Under the pieces are notes generated by a model. The model made no database searches. It was not told where the DNA came from and worked only from the letters and a program-made list of their open reading frames with translations. The position numbers were made by a program, and so were the translations under genes. Below are positions 8,657-19,600 of a stretch of 64,000 bases of DNA, piece after piece. Origin of the DNA: Deltaproteobacteria bacterium (GTDB lineage: Bacteria > Myxococcota > Kuafuiibacteriia > Kuafuiibacteriales > Kuafuiibacteriaceae); assembly GCA_040218735.1 (NCBI GenBank), contig JAVJQW010000033.1, positions 160,001-224,000 on the forward strand, in the 5' to 3' direction. The first letter of the stretch is position 1. Every line of letters begins with the position of its first letter.

Positions 8657-10927
8657 TTACAGGGCGTCGACGAGCACCCGCACCGGAGACGACGCGAGGC
8701 CCTCGGCGCGGGCTTCGAAGATGTGGTCGCCGGGCGCCAACGGCCACCGCGCGGTGAACGGTCTCGACACGGTCTTGAACGGCACGCCGTCGACGTACCA
8801 GACGAGCTCCTGCACGCGCGGGTCGGCCTCCGCGACCAGCGCCATCGTGGACGCGTGGGCGGGGGACTCCGGGTCGCGCATCACGCGCGTGCCGGGCGCG
8901 GGCCGCAGCACCTTGGGACGCTGCCGACGATGCACGTCGATCGAGGGCGCGGGTGGCGGCGTCTCGAACGATTGCGTCGCCGCCCACGACGCGTACCGCG
9001 CGGGGAGTTTCACGAACGTGCGCGGTCGTCCGTCGACGTGACCGCGGACGTGCACGCTGCACGGCTCGCTGGGCGCCTCGCCAGGGGCGAAGTGTTCGAC
9101 GAACGCCTTCTCACAGTGGTGCGTCGCGCGCTGGCCCGACATCGCGCAGACCTCCGCCGGCGTGTGTCCGTCCGGAGGCGGGAAGGCACGGTCCGCGAAT
9201 CCGTCGAGGTCGTCGGTGTGGAGGTGCTCGACGACGCGGCGCACGACGTACGACGCGGTGGTGCCGCCGACGTGCCGCATGGGTCGGGCGTCGGGGCGCC
9301 CGAGCCAGACGCCGACGACGTAGCGCGGGGTGTACGCGATCGTCCACGCGTCGCGGTAGCCCTGCGATGTGCCCGTCTTCAGCGCCACCGGGAACGCGTA
9401 CTCCGAGGCGCCCATGCGGCGGAACGTCGGGAGGCGCGCGAGTGGGTCGGCGAGGTACGCCGTGATTCGACGCGCCGACGCAGCCGACAACACCCGGCGC
9501 GAAGGTGCTCGCGAGGGCGTGAAGTGCGCGGCGGTGAACCGCCCGTCGTTGGCGAGCGCGGCGTACGCGGAGACGACGTCGAACAGCGAGACCGGGAGGA
9601 GCCCGAGCGCGAGGCCCACGCCGTAGTGATCGGCGGAGCGTTCGTGGTCGTGCAAGTCCAGCGTCGCGAACAGATCGTACGTGGTTCCGAGCCCGAGCTG
9701 ATCGACGAGGTTGGCGGCCGGGACGTTGCGCGAGTTGGCGAGCGCCACCCGCGGGAGCAACGGACCCAAGAAGCGGTGGTCGGCGTTGTGCACGCCGCCG
9801 CGCGCGCGGAACAGATCGTCGACGATCGTCGCGGGGGTGATCACGCCGCGGTCCAGCGCGAGCCCGTAGACGAACGGCTTGAGCGTGCTCCCCGGGGGTC
9901 GCGGCGTGGCGGCGAAGTCGATCGCACCCGCCGCGTCCTCCTCGAAGTAACCGGCGGACCCGACGTACGCGACGACCTCCATCGTGGTGTGGTCGACGAC
10001 GACCAGCGCGCCGTTGTCGACGTTGCGCTCGGTGAGGTCGAGGACGGCGCCCGAGAGCTCTTGTTCGAGCGTCTCTTGCAGCTCGAGATCGAGGGAGGTA
10101 CGGACGATCGTCTTGGGCACCGCGTTCCGCATCCGCAGCAGCGCGTGGAGCGTGGAAGTGGGCCGCACCGGGCGCGCGGGGATCGCGATGCGTTCGATCT
10201 GTTCGTGCGCGAGTGAGAGGTCGGCGCCGGAGAGCACGGCCGCCTCCGCGAGCCCGTCGAGGATCTCGTGCCCGCGCGCGATTGCCCGCTCGCGGCCGCG
10301 CCAGTCGTACGGATTCATGCGCGAGGGGGACTGCGGGATGGCGCTCAGAAACGCGATCTCCGCGAACGACAGATCCGTGGCCGGTTTGTCGAAGTAACGC
10401 CGCGCCGCGAAGTCGATGCCACGCACGCGATTGCTGTACGGCGCGATGCGCAGGTAGTGCTCCAGCACCGCGTCGCGTCCGAAGCGGCCGACCAACATCA
10501 TCGCGGTGAGCGCTTCGATGGCCTTCTTCGGATACGTGCGCGCGCCCGGGTCCTGCATCCGGGCGACCTGCATCGGGATCGTCGATGCACCGGAGACGTG
10601 GCGACCCGAACGTACGTTGGAGACGAACGCCCGAACCGCCGCCACCAGGTCGACGCCGGGGTGCGACCAGAAACGTTTGTCCTCGATCGCGATCATCGCG
10701 GCCGCCACGCGCGGCGGCATCGGGTTCACCGGCCAGTAACCCATCGGGGCGTCCGGGTTCGCGAGCTCCCCCAGGAACCGCCCGTGCCGGTCGACCACCA
10801 GTCGCGTCGGCTCGGGCGCGACGAGCTCGGCCTTCGACCACGCGACCGCCGCCGCGAAACACACCGCCGCACCGAGGGCTCCCCCGATACTCAGTAGAAT
10901 CGCTTCGCGGCGCGTGGTTCGACGCAA
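8657..10927 (-). CDS. pbpC: Penicillin-binding protein 1C
   Basis: Transglycosylase motifs IAIEDKRFWSHPGVD and GASTIPMQVAR; transpeptidase SxxK (GSTLKPF), SxN (NSRN), KTG; C-terminal WYVDG domain; directly downstream of A2M. Confidence 0.93.
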   Translation of the reverse strand: MRRTTRREAILLSIGGALGAAVCFAAAVAWSKAELVAPEPTRLVVDRHGRFLGELANPDAPMGYWPVNPMPPRVAAAMIAIEDKRFWSHPGVDLVAAVRAFVSNVRSGRHVSGASTIPMQVARMQDPGARTYPKKAIEALTAMMLVGRFGRDAVLEHYLRIAPYSNRVRGIDFAARRYFDKPATDLSFAEIAFLSAIPQSPSRMNPYDWRGRERAIARGHEILDGLAEAAVLSGADLSLAHEQIERIAIPARPVRPTSTLHALLRMRNAVPKTIVRTSLDLELQETLEQELSGAVLDLTERNVDNGALVVVDHTTMEVVAYVGSAGYFEEDAAGAIDFAATPRPPGSTLKPFVYGLALDRGVITPATIVDDLFRARGGVHNADHRFLGPLLPRVALANSRNVPAANLVDQLGLGTTYDLFATLDLHDHERSADHYGVGLALGLLPVSLFDVVSAYAALANDGRFTAAHFTPSRAPSRRVLSAASARRITAYLADPLARLPTFRRMGASEYAFPVALKTGTSQGYRDAWTIAYTPRYVVGVWLGRPDARPMRHVGGTTASYVVRRVVEHLHTDDLDGFADRAFPPPDGHTPAEVCAMSGQRATHHCEKAFVEHFAPGEAPSEPCSVHVRGHVDGRPRTFVKLPARYASWAATQSFETPPPAPSIDVHRRQRPKVLRPAPGTRVMRDPESPAHASTMALVAEADPRVQELVWYVDGVPFKTVSRPFTARWPLAPGDHIFEARAEGLASSPVRVLVDAL

Positions 10928-10930
10928 CGC

Positions 10931-13900
10931 CTACTCCTTCGCCTTCACCACGACGCGCGCGCCGGGCGAGCGCCCGAACACAGTGCCGTCGTACATCATC
11001 GACGTCTCCGCGGGCGGCTGTGTGAACGTGCCGGTCGTGGAAGCGCGCGTGCGGAAGTAGAAGTCGTAGGTCCCCTTGGCGAGGGTGTCGAAGTAGTACG
11101 TCACGTGGTCGTCCATGAACGCGAGGTACGTCGGCGCCACCGTATTGGCGGTCGACGGCTTCGCCTCGGCGGGGGCCGTCGCGAGGTTCGGGTTCATCGG
11201 CTCCAGACCCGCCGCGAGCGGTACGCGCACCGCGACGTAGGCGCGGTCCTGCGGGTTCACGACCTGCACGTGCTCCTCGACGACGTCCCCGACGCGCAGC
11301 TCCAGCGTCTGGTTCGCCTCGGCGATCGGACGTTTCTCCGCGGGGCCCCCCTCGCGCACCAGCAGGTGCCGCCGCGTGGTGACGAAGCCCTTCGACTTGG
11401 CGTCCACCGACGACCCCGACTTCGCCGGCACGTGCCGCGTCTCGACGCGGACGAGGATCGGCGTGCTCCCGCGGTTCACGATCGTCATCGCCTCCACGCG
11501 GTCGGTGGCGAAGTGCTCCACCGGTTGCGCCCCGCCGATGCGGACCGTCTTCTTGGTGCGGCCCGACTGGATGTCCACGCGGTGGGACGGCGCGCCGTCG
11601 TTGGCCTTCAGCACCTCGCTCAGCGCGAGCAGCGCCGCGGCGTCGGCGTTCGTCGAGCCCCACCCGTCACCGCGTCCCAACGTGGTGAGCGCAGCGACGA
11701 GCACCGGGAGCTTGGCGCCGTCGCGGTCGATCATCGCTTGCGCACGTGTGATCTCCGCGAGCGTACGGGTCTCGCTGGGGAGGATCAGCGACGGCCCCGC
11801 GCCGTGTCGGTCCTGCAGTCCGCCGTAGATCTCCTTGCCCTGGTGACGCCGGACGATCACGCCGTCCCACATCGTCTTGTTCAGGCTCTCGATCGTCGGC
11901 TGGTGTTGCTGGCCGGACAGCATGAACGCCTGCGCGACCCCGGCGACGCTCTCCAGGCCCAGGAACTGCGACTTGTTGGACAGCTCCGCCGCGTAGGCCG
12001 CGTCGAAGCGCTTCGCCCGCGCGAGCGCCGCCAGCGACATCACCCGCTCCGACCACGCCGCGCCGTTCACGAAGCTCGCGTAGTCGGAGCGCAAGGCGCG
12101 TTGCAGCGACGAAACGTAGCGCGACATCAGCTGTTGGTTCACGACGAAGCCCGCCGCGCGCGCCTCCACCATCAGCTCCAGCGCGTCGGCGGTCAGCCAC
12201 ACGTAACCCGTCGATCCCGGCCACTGCCCGACGAGCCCGCCGCCGGTCGTGCATCGTTCGACGAAAGCGAGCGTCTCGAGCACGCCGCGTCGGGTGACCG
12301 AGATGTCGCGTTCGATGTGCAGCAGCTCGACGAACTTCTGCGTGGCGACCAAGGCCCGCGCGCGGCTGATCTGCGCCTCCGCGTTGCCGTGCGGGTACCG
12401 CTCCAGCGCGTTGAGCGAGGACGCCATGTGCACCAACGCCGGCTCCGTCGACACCAACACCGTGCGCTGCGCCGTGCCCGGCCGCGCGGGCGCCGCGAGG
12501 CCTGGGATGTCGCGCTTCTTACCGGGCTCGATGATCTCCAGGATGCGCCCGCGCTCCTCGGAGCGGTCCGGCCGAAGGGGGATCTGCACGGCGAACGCGT
12601 CCCGCGCGTTGTCCGCGTTGCGGTTCACGGCGAGCGTCAGCTTCACGCTCGGATCCCCCTTCGCGGCGAAGTCCGGGGAGGCGGCCTCCATCGAGAACAA
12701 CACCGGCGTCGGCCGATTCTTCACGAGGGTGACGGAGCGTTTCTTGGCGCCATCGACCTTCACGTTCTCCGCCGCGAGCTCGACGCGCCCCGCGCCGCCT
12801 TCACCCTCGACCACACGCGCGATCCCGCCGCCGTCGAAGCGGTCGGCCGCCCGGACGAAGCGCGGCAAGCTGGGTTGCACCAACACGGGGAGGCGCACGG
12901 AGATGGTGCTCTTCGCGACGCCGAACCGGTCCGACCCGCTCACGGCTTTCGCGCGGATCTTGAAGTTCGTCAGGTTGTCGGGGAGAGGGATGTCGATCGT
13001 GACGACCCCGCTCTTCGGGACCTGCACCGCCGGCAGGTACACCGGGACTGTCTTGAAGTTCTTCCGCACCGTGACCTTGTCGAGGAGGCTGTCCGCGGCG
13101 CGCATCTCGTCGTCCGCCTCCGCGCCGTCGCCGCCCGGGTTCTCGGCGTAGGTCCGCCGCCCGAAGACCGCGTTGCGCGTGTCGGCGATCGAGAGGTACG
13201 TCTCGGCCCGCGTGATGAACGCGCCGAGCGGGTCGAGCTTCTGCTCCTTGCCCAGCGCGAGCACGGCCTGGTCGACGAGCCACAGCGTCACCTCCGCCGG
13301 CTGCCCGCGACCCTTTCGGTCGGTGACGCGGATCTTCATCTTCACCTTCTCACCGGGCTGCGCGCGCGCCGGGTGGTCGAGCTCGACGTTCACCTGGTGC
13401 TCGACGGGCCGCACCTCGATCCACTTCGTCGACGCCAACGTCCACGGCTTGAGTTTGTCCTCCAGCGAAGACTGCTTCGGCGGCGCCCCCGCGCGCCCTC
13501 GCATCAACACGAAGTGCACCGGCAACCGCGGGACCTCGTTCTTCTTCACGACGTGGCGGTAAGTCGCCGCGCCGGCCTTCACGTCGATCCACTCGTAGCG
13601 GTTGCGGTCCGGGCCCTCGACGACGACCAGCGCTCGGCCGTTCGCAAACGGGCTCTTCAGGAGGAACGTCGCCTTGTCGCCGGGCTCGTACGTCGCCTTG
13701 TCCGTCGCGACCTCGAACGTATCGTCCTCCGGCTTCTGCCACGTCACGGTCTGGTCGCCGCCGACGTACAGGTCGACGGACACCACCTGCGCGCGCCCCA
13801 GTCGATCCCGCCCCGCGACCTCGACCACATAGACGCCGCCCGTCTCGATCGGTAGGTCGATCGCCTGCGGCGCGGCGCCGGACTTCAGCTTCTTCTCCAT

Positions 13901-16690
13901 CACCGGCGTGTCGACGACGTCGGTGATGTACTTCGCGACGCCGTCCGAGAAGTCCGACGCCATCAAGTGCGAGTGCCACGTGCGGTGAATCAGCTTCACC
14001 GTCAGCGGCTGTCCCGCGACGAGCTTGCCGTTCGGATCCACGGCGACGACCTGCGGCCGAATCGACTTCGCGCGCTCGATGAAGCGCGGGACGTTCACCC
14101 CCACGACGAACGGCGGCACGGCGCGCACCTGCTTCGTCGCGCTCACGGTCTGATCGTCGGCGCCGGTCACCGTCGCCTCGACGACGTACGTGCGCGGCTG
14201 CGCGGTGGGCTCCAACGCGGGGTTGAGCTCGAGCTTCGCGGCGCCGGTCTCGTCGGTGCTGTCGTTGCGCCCGAGGTTGGGCGTCGACTCGAACCGGCGG
14301 TGGATCGAGTAACGGCTGTCCGTGGAGTACACGAAGCCCTTCAGCTTGGACGGTGGGTTCCACGCGTACGGGAACTGCGTGACGCGCCAGCGGATGGGGC
14401 GCCCCGCCACGGGCCCGCCCGCGTAGTAACTCGCCGTGCCCTTCAGCGTGAACGAGCCGTCGAGCGGCGCGACGTCTTCGCCGTGCAGCCGAACCTCGAA
14501 CTTCGGGATGCGGTACGCCTCCATCGAGAAGCTGACCTGGCACATGCGCGGTTGGGTTGGCGTGCCGAACGACGCCGTGAGCATCCCGGTCGGCAAGTTC
14601 TCTTGCGCGAACTTCACGTAGAAGCTCCCGCTCTTCGACAGCTCGATCGGGTACGTGTACTTCAGGTCACCCGCACCGCGGACCACGAGGCTGTAGTCGC
14701 GGTTCTTCGGGAGGCTCAGCTCCCCCTCGTGCCGTGTGCGCACGAAACCCTTGAGGTGCACGGCCTCGTCGGGACGGTACACCGGGCGCTCCGAGAAGAC
14801 GTGGCAGAGCGTCTTCGCCTGGTCGCCGCGACGCTCCGGGTGACTCGCGATCATCCACGACAACAGCGCGCCGCTGCGGTTGTTGGTCCACCGGTTGTGC
14901 GCGAAGCGCTGCGGCGGGTCGTTCGGATCGATCACCAGTCGGTCCTCGCCGAGCTGGACGACGACGCGTCGAATCTCCGCGTTGCGGATGTAACCGGGCG
15001 CGCTCCAGCGCGCCGAGCCGGCGCCGTCCGTCTTCCCCGCGAAGAAGGTGTGCCAGGACTTGTTCTTGCGCCCCTCCACGAGCACCCGTGCGCCCGCGAC
15101 CGGTTTGCCGGACGCGAGGCTCGTGACGAAGAAGCGCGCCTCGTGCGGCTCCTCGGCGATCGACACGGCGAGGTCCGTGACCTGCAATCGCATCCACGCG
15201 CGCTGCGGCGCACCCGTGATGTGCCGGACCCCGACGAGGTAGGTGCCGGGCTGCTTCGCGCCGGCGATGGACGCGAGGTGCTCGGACAGATCCAGCCCGT
15301 AGGTCGCGGCGTTGTCGTCGCGCCCGATCGGGAGGCGCACGATCCGAGACAGATCACCCGTGCCCATGGTGCGGAGCAGCTCGCGAACGCTGGAGGTCGT
15401 CGGCGTGAAGCGCGCGTTCACGTCGAGCTCGATCTCTTCGCCGGGGCCCGGCGGGCGCTTCGACTCGTCGACCGCGACCACCTGGCGCGGGAACGGCCAG
15501 AACCGACGGTCGAGCGGGTCGACGCGGTGAATGCGGAGGTCCACGCGGTCGTGTCCGCGCGAGCCGATTGGGATGGTCTGAGGGCCGAGCCGCTCCACGG
15601 TGCCGTTCGCGTCCTGCAGAGAGAGGTACGGGTTGTAGCGCGGGTAGTAGAACGACATCCGGCTGGTGCCGTGAAGGTCCAGCTTGCGCCCGGCCGTGTC
15701 GGTGAGCGGCGTGGGGTGCACCGCGAGCTCGTAGCGCTTCTCGACCTCGAAGCGCCCCTCGATCATCAGCGTGCGCCCGCTGCGGACGACCTTCACACCC
15801 TCGACCGGCGGCGTGAAGCGCACGAAGTTGTTGAGCAACACCTCGTCGATCGCGGACGGCTCGCTCGACAGCTCGAGCTGCACGCGGCGCCCGCCGCCCT
15901 GGCAGCGAAGCGCCTCCTCGGCTTCGTACTGCGACCCGGCCGGGGTCACGGGGAGCCGCACGCCGGAGCAGCCGAACGACAGCAGACGGAACGCGTCGAG
16001 CGTGGAGAACGAGAAGCTGTGCGCCGAGTCTTCGTGGTCGTCGTCGAGCGACAGCGCGAAGTGCACCGTCGCGCGGGTGCTCTCCGGGATCGGCTCACGG
16101 AGCTGAAGGACGTACGTCGCGGCGTCGCTCGGAGAGCGCCGCTCCATCATCTTCACGACGAAGTCTTGTTCGTCGAGCCAGTGCGCCCGCGAGGCGTCGA
16201 GGCCGGGGCGCGGTCGCAGCTCGATCGTGGTCATCTTCGCGAGCGCTTCGAGGGGGATCGGCTCGCCGAAGGTGAGCGTGATCGCGTCGAGCGGTTGCAG
16301 GTTGTCGGCGCCGGGGCGGGGCAGCGTGCGGCTCGGTGGGTTGATCAACGTGACCAACCCAACGGAGCGCCCCGCCTCGGGGCGGACACGGACGCGCTCC
16401 AGCGCGGGCCAAGGCTCCGCCGGGACGAACTGCAGCGTCTTCGCGTCGACCCAGGTGTACGCGCCCGGGTGCGACGGCTCGATCCGCACGAAGCGCTCCG
16501 GCTGGTCCTCCGGTCCGGGGCGCCCGACCGCGCCGGGGAAGAAGACCGTGACCGGGTCCCAACGGCGCAGGAACTTCTCGGGCACGACGACCGGTCCGTT
16601 GTCCGTGGTGGGGCGCGCGATCGAGAATTGCGCGCCGACGGCAGCGAGGAGCGCGAGCGCGCCCAGTCCGAGTGCGAGGCGCGTTCTCAT
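10931..16690 (-). CDS. Bacterial alpha-2-macroglobulin family protein lacking the thioester motif
   Basis: 1919 aa with signal peptide; FSERPVYRP, VRKNFKT, LPDNLTNF, LPRFVR, GWGST, VPLAAGLEP, G.F..PPA...MY. The thioester site reads YPHGNAEAQ. Confidence 0.93.
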   Translation of the reverse strand: MRTRLALGLGALALLAAVGAQFSIARPTTDNGPVVVPEKFLRRWDPVTVFFPGAVGRPGPEDQPERFVRIEPSHPGAYTWVDAKTLQFVPAEPWPALERVRVRPEAGRSVGLVTLINPPSRTLPRPGADNLQPLDAITLTFGEPIPLEALAKMTTIELRPRPGLDASRAHWLDEQDFVVKMMERRSPSDAATYVLQLREPIPESTRATVHFALSLDDDHEDSAHSFSFSTLDAFRLLSFGCSGVRLPVTPAGSQYEAEEALRCQGGGRRVQLELSSEPSAIDEVLLNNFVRFTPPVEGVKVVRSGRTLMIEGRFEVEKRYELAVHPTPLTDTAGRKLDLHGTSRMSFYYPRYNPYLSLQDANGTVERLGPQTIPIGSRGHDRVDLRIHRVDPLDRRFWPFPRQVVAVDESKRPPGPGEEIELDVNARFTPTTSSVRELLRTMGTGDLSRIVRLPIGRDDNAATYGLDLSEHLASIAGAKQPGTYLVGVRHITGAPQRAWMRLQVTDLAVSIAEEPHEARFFVTSLASGKPVAGARVLVEGRKNKSWHTFFAGKTDGAGSARWSAPGYIRNAEIRRVVVQLGEDRLVIDPNDPPQRFAHNRWTNNRSGALLSWMIASHPERRGDQAKTLCHVFSERPVYRPDEAVHLKGFVRTRHEGELSLPKNRDYSLVVRGAGDLKYTYPIELSKSGSFYVKFAQENLPTGMLTASFGTPTQPRMCQVSFSMEAYRIPKFEVRLHGEDVAPLDGSFTLKGTASYYAGGPVAGRPIRWRVTQFPYAWNPPSKLKGFVYSTDSRYSIHRRFESTPNLGRNDSTDETGAAKLELNPALEPTAQPRTYVVEATVTGADDQTVSATKQVRAVPPFVVGVNVPRFIERAKSIRPQVVAVDPNGKLVAGQPLTVKLIHRTWHSHLMASDFSDGVAKYITDVVDTPVMEKKLKSGAAPQAIDLPIETGGVYVVEVAGRDRLGRAQVVSVDLYVGGDQTVTWQKPEDDTFEVATDKATYEPGDKATFLLKSPFANGRALVVVEGPDRNRYEWIDVKAGAATYRHVVKKNEVPRLPVHFVLMRGRAGAPPKQSSLEDKLKPWTLASTKWIEVRPVEHQVNVELDHPARAQPGEKVKMKIRVTDRKGRGQPAEVTLWLVDQAVLALGKEQKLDPLGAFITRAETYLSIADTRNAVFGRRTYAENPGGDGAEADDEMRAADSLLDKVTVRKNFKTVPVYLPAVQVPKSGVVTIDIPLPDNLTNFKIRAKAVSGSDRFGVAKSTISVRLPVLVQPSLPRFVRAADRFDGGGIARVVEGEGGAGRVELAAENVKVDGAKKRSVTLVKNRPTPVLFSMEAASPDFAAKGDPSVKLTLAVNRNADNARDAFAVQIPLRPDRSEERGRILEIIEPGKKRDIPGLAAPARPGTAQRTVLVSTEPALVHMASSLNALERYPHGNAEAQISRARALVATQKFVELLHIERDISVTRRGVLETLAFVERCTTGGGLVGQWPGSTGYVWLTADALELMVEARAAGFVVNQQLMSRYVSSLQRALRSDYASFVNGAAWSERVMSLAALARAKRFDAAYAAELSNKSQFLGLESVAGVAQAFMLSGQQHQPTIESLNKTMWDGVIVRRHQGKEIYGGLQDRHGAGPSLILPSETRTLAEITRAQAMIDRDGAKLPVLVAALTTLGRGDGWGSTNADAAALLALSEVLKANDGAPSHRVDIQSGRTKKTVRIGGAQPVEHFATDRVEAMTIVNRGSTPILVRVETRHVPAKSGSSVDAKSKGFVTTRRHLLVREGGPAEKRPIAEANQTLELRVGDVVEEHVQVVNPQDRAYVAVRVPLAAGLEPMNPNLATAPAEAKPSTANTVAPTYLAFMDDHVTYYFDTLAKGTYDFYFRTRASTTGTFTQPPAETSMMYDGTVFGRSPGARVVVKAKE

Positions 16691-19600
16691 GAGTCCTCTC
16701 CTTCGAGTTGGATGTAGCGGTCCACGACTTCACCCGGTGGTCCCGTCGGTGGTGGTTTGGTCCCGACGATCGCCGGACGAACGCGCGCGACCTTCTCGCC
16801 GGTGTAGACGAGGAGCACGTAGGTGCCGGCTTCGAGTTTGGGCATCTGCGCGACGCCGTCGCCGATGACGCCGCGTTTCGGATCGAGGAGCGCCATGCGC
16901 ACCTCGGCGTCGCTCGCGCGTAGGCCGACGCCGATCTTCGTGGCGTCCTTCACGTCGAACGTGAAGGCGCGCGCGTGTCCGGGGCCGATGACGACCTGCG
17001 GCCCGATCCCCTCTTCGAGGTGCGGCACTTCGGTGCGGACGAACGCGGCGCGACCGAACAGCGGACCGCCGCCCACCGCGCGGAGCGAGAGGCGCCCGCG
17101 ACCGGACGAGAGGAACAGCGGCATGGCGAGGCCGCGTCGACCGACGACGACCTGCGGCGCGGCGCCCGGCGTCTCCCAGCGCGCGACGACGGGGACGTCG
17201 GCGCGTACTTCGAACAGCGTCGCGGCCTCGGCGGAGAGGTCGAACGCCATCGCGCGCCCGGACAACGCGACGCTGCCGGGGGCCTCGACGGCCTTCGCCG
17301 ACGGGTTGCGGTCGAAGAGCGCCGCGTAGGGGTGCTCGGGGACGTCGGTCCACGCGAGCACTGTCTCGGCGCCGTGGACGATGCGCACCACGCCGCCGAC
17401 GCCGGGGACGTCGAACGTGTCCCCCGTCGCCGTCTTCCCGTCCGCGCCGAACCATGTGACCGACTCCGCGCCGACCACACGGAGCACGCGCGCGTTCTTC
17501 ACCGCCGGCAACGTGAGCTCGAAGCGGCCGTTGGCGACCTCCATCTGTTCGTAGGGCACGCGTTTGTCGCCGGCTTCGACGACGTCGATCGCGTACTCGA
17601 CCGGAGACGACGACGGGTTGAAGACGACCACCCGGTCGCTGTCGCCGTCGAAGCGCTCGGGCACCTCGTTCGCGAGGACGACGCGTTGCACTTCGTCGCC
17701 CTGGGCGATCGCGGCGACGCCGCCGCGCGTGAGGAGGACGTGGTGACGGGAGGCGCCGGCCTTCTTCTCCAGGATGACCGCCGCGCCGGGGGCGACGCTG
17801 CCGCGCGTCGCGGTGGTCTTCGTGACCTCGTCGAAGCGCGCGACGCGCAACGTGGCGTCGAACGCATCGACGCCCGAGGTCGCGGACCAGACCTGAACGC
17901 CGCGCGCGCGACCGCCGAGGGAGACCGCGGCGGCGCGACCGTTCGCGGAGACGTCGTAGTGACGCGGCGCCGCGATCTGGTTCGGCCCCAACACCGTGAG
18001 GCCGAGCGGCGAGCGGGACGTGTCGATCGTCGCGACGACCATCGCGTCGTCGACGACGTCGACGCGCACGCCCTGATCATCGATCACGATCGGCAACGCG
18101 CCGCCGTCGAGCGCCACGCGTTTGCCGCGCACCGTCCCGCGTTTGGCCTTGTCGAGCGCCTGGACGATCCAGAGCTGACGTCCCGCGGGGTGGGCGAGGC
18201 CGCGGTCCGGCGCGGCGGCGGCGACGCGGTCGGCCCAGCGGACGTTCTCCGGCTCATCGAACGTGAACGAACCCGGCGTCTCGAGCGCGACCGCGGCGAG
18301 GCCGATCGGCAGCTTCCCGATGCGCGACACCACGTGGCCGCGCGCGAGCTTCGCCTCCGAGATCGGCTCGGGCGCGACCGCGTGGACTTCGAGCTCCACC
18401 GGCGCACCGCGCTCCTCGGTCGACCACACGTTCACGCGGTAACGATCGCGTTTCGCACCGAGCGCCAACGGCACCTCGATTCGCGCCGGGCGCCCGACGT
18501 GCTGCGCCACCGCGCGCCAGCCGCCGACGTTCTCCTCCACCGCGATCGCGGTGGTCTCCGGCGAGCGGGCCCACACGACGAGGAACCGCGCGCCCTCGGG
18601 GAGCGTGAGCGGGATGACCTCGCGCCGGTCCTCGACGTTCACCGTCTTCGTGCCGGGGACCGCGAAGGGCTTCGACGCGTGCGCCGCGCGCGTGAGGACG
18701 CGGACACGGGTGTGCGCGCGTCGACCGGCGACCGGATCGATGCGCAACGTGTAGCGCCCCGCCGCGAGGCGGCGGGCGAGCAGAAAGTTCCAGTCGTCGG
18801 GGCGGTCGTCGGAGCGCGCCACAACGCGGCCGTCGGCGTCGATCAAACGCGCGGCGACATCCGCCCCGCCGAACGAGTTGATCTCCACGACTTCGTCCGT
18901 GCCGATCGCGAGCGGGAGCACCTGCGGCGCGCGCACGTTCCAGGTCTGGCCGACCACGAGCTGCACCGTGCGCACGGCGAGCGCGTAGGGGACGTCGGTG
19001 GTCTTCTGGAGGTTCTCGATCTCGAGCCGGTACCGCCCCTTCGTCAGCGCGCCCGACCACCCGCGCAGCGGCGGCACGTAGGCGACCTTCTCGCGCTGAC
19101 CTTCGCGGAAGAGATCCCCGTGCATCTTCCCGCCGAGCTCGAGCTTCACGTCCACGTCGGCCGGCACCTCGAACGACCACACGTCCTTCTTGGTGTCGTC
19201 GCCCTTGCGAACCCAGGTGTGCTCGATCTGCTGGTTGAGCGGGATCGAGTGCGGCCCGTGCCCTTCGAACGTCAGCGGCGGCTGGTGTTTCTCGAGGAGC
19301 GTCACCACGCGGACGTCGACCGACTCCGGCAGCACGATCAGGCGGTAGCGCCCCTTCTCGAAGCGCCGGTCGAAGTCCGCGTCGACGTTCGGCGTGACGA
19401 GCGGCCACCCCTCCGCGTCTTCGAGGCGGGCCTTCAGCGTGCGCCCTTGTCCGAACGCACGCAGGCGGTACGAACCCTCCTCTTCGATCTCGAACGGGTA
19501 GACCAACGTCTCCCCCACGTGGATCGTCGCGCGTGCGGGCACGCCGTCGATCAGCGGCGCGCGGCGGCTCTCCTTCGTTCGTTTCAAGCGAACGCCGAGG

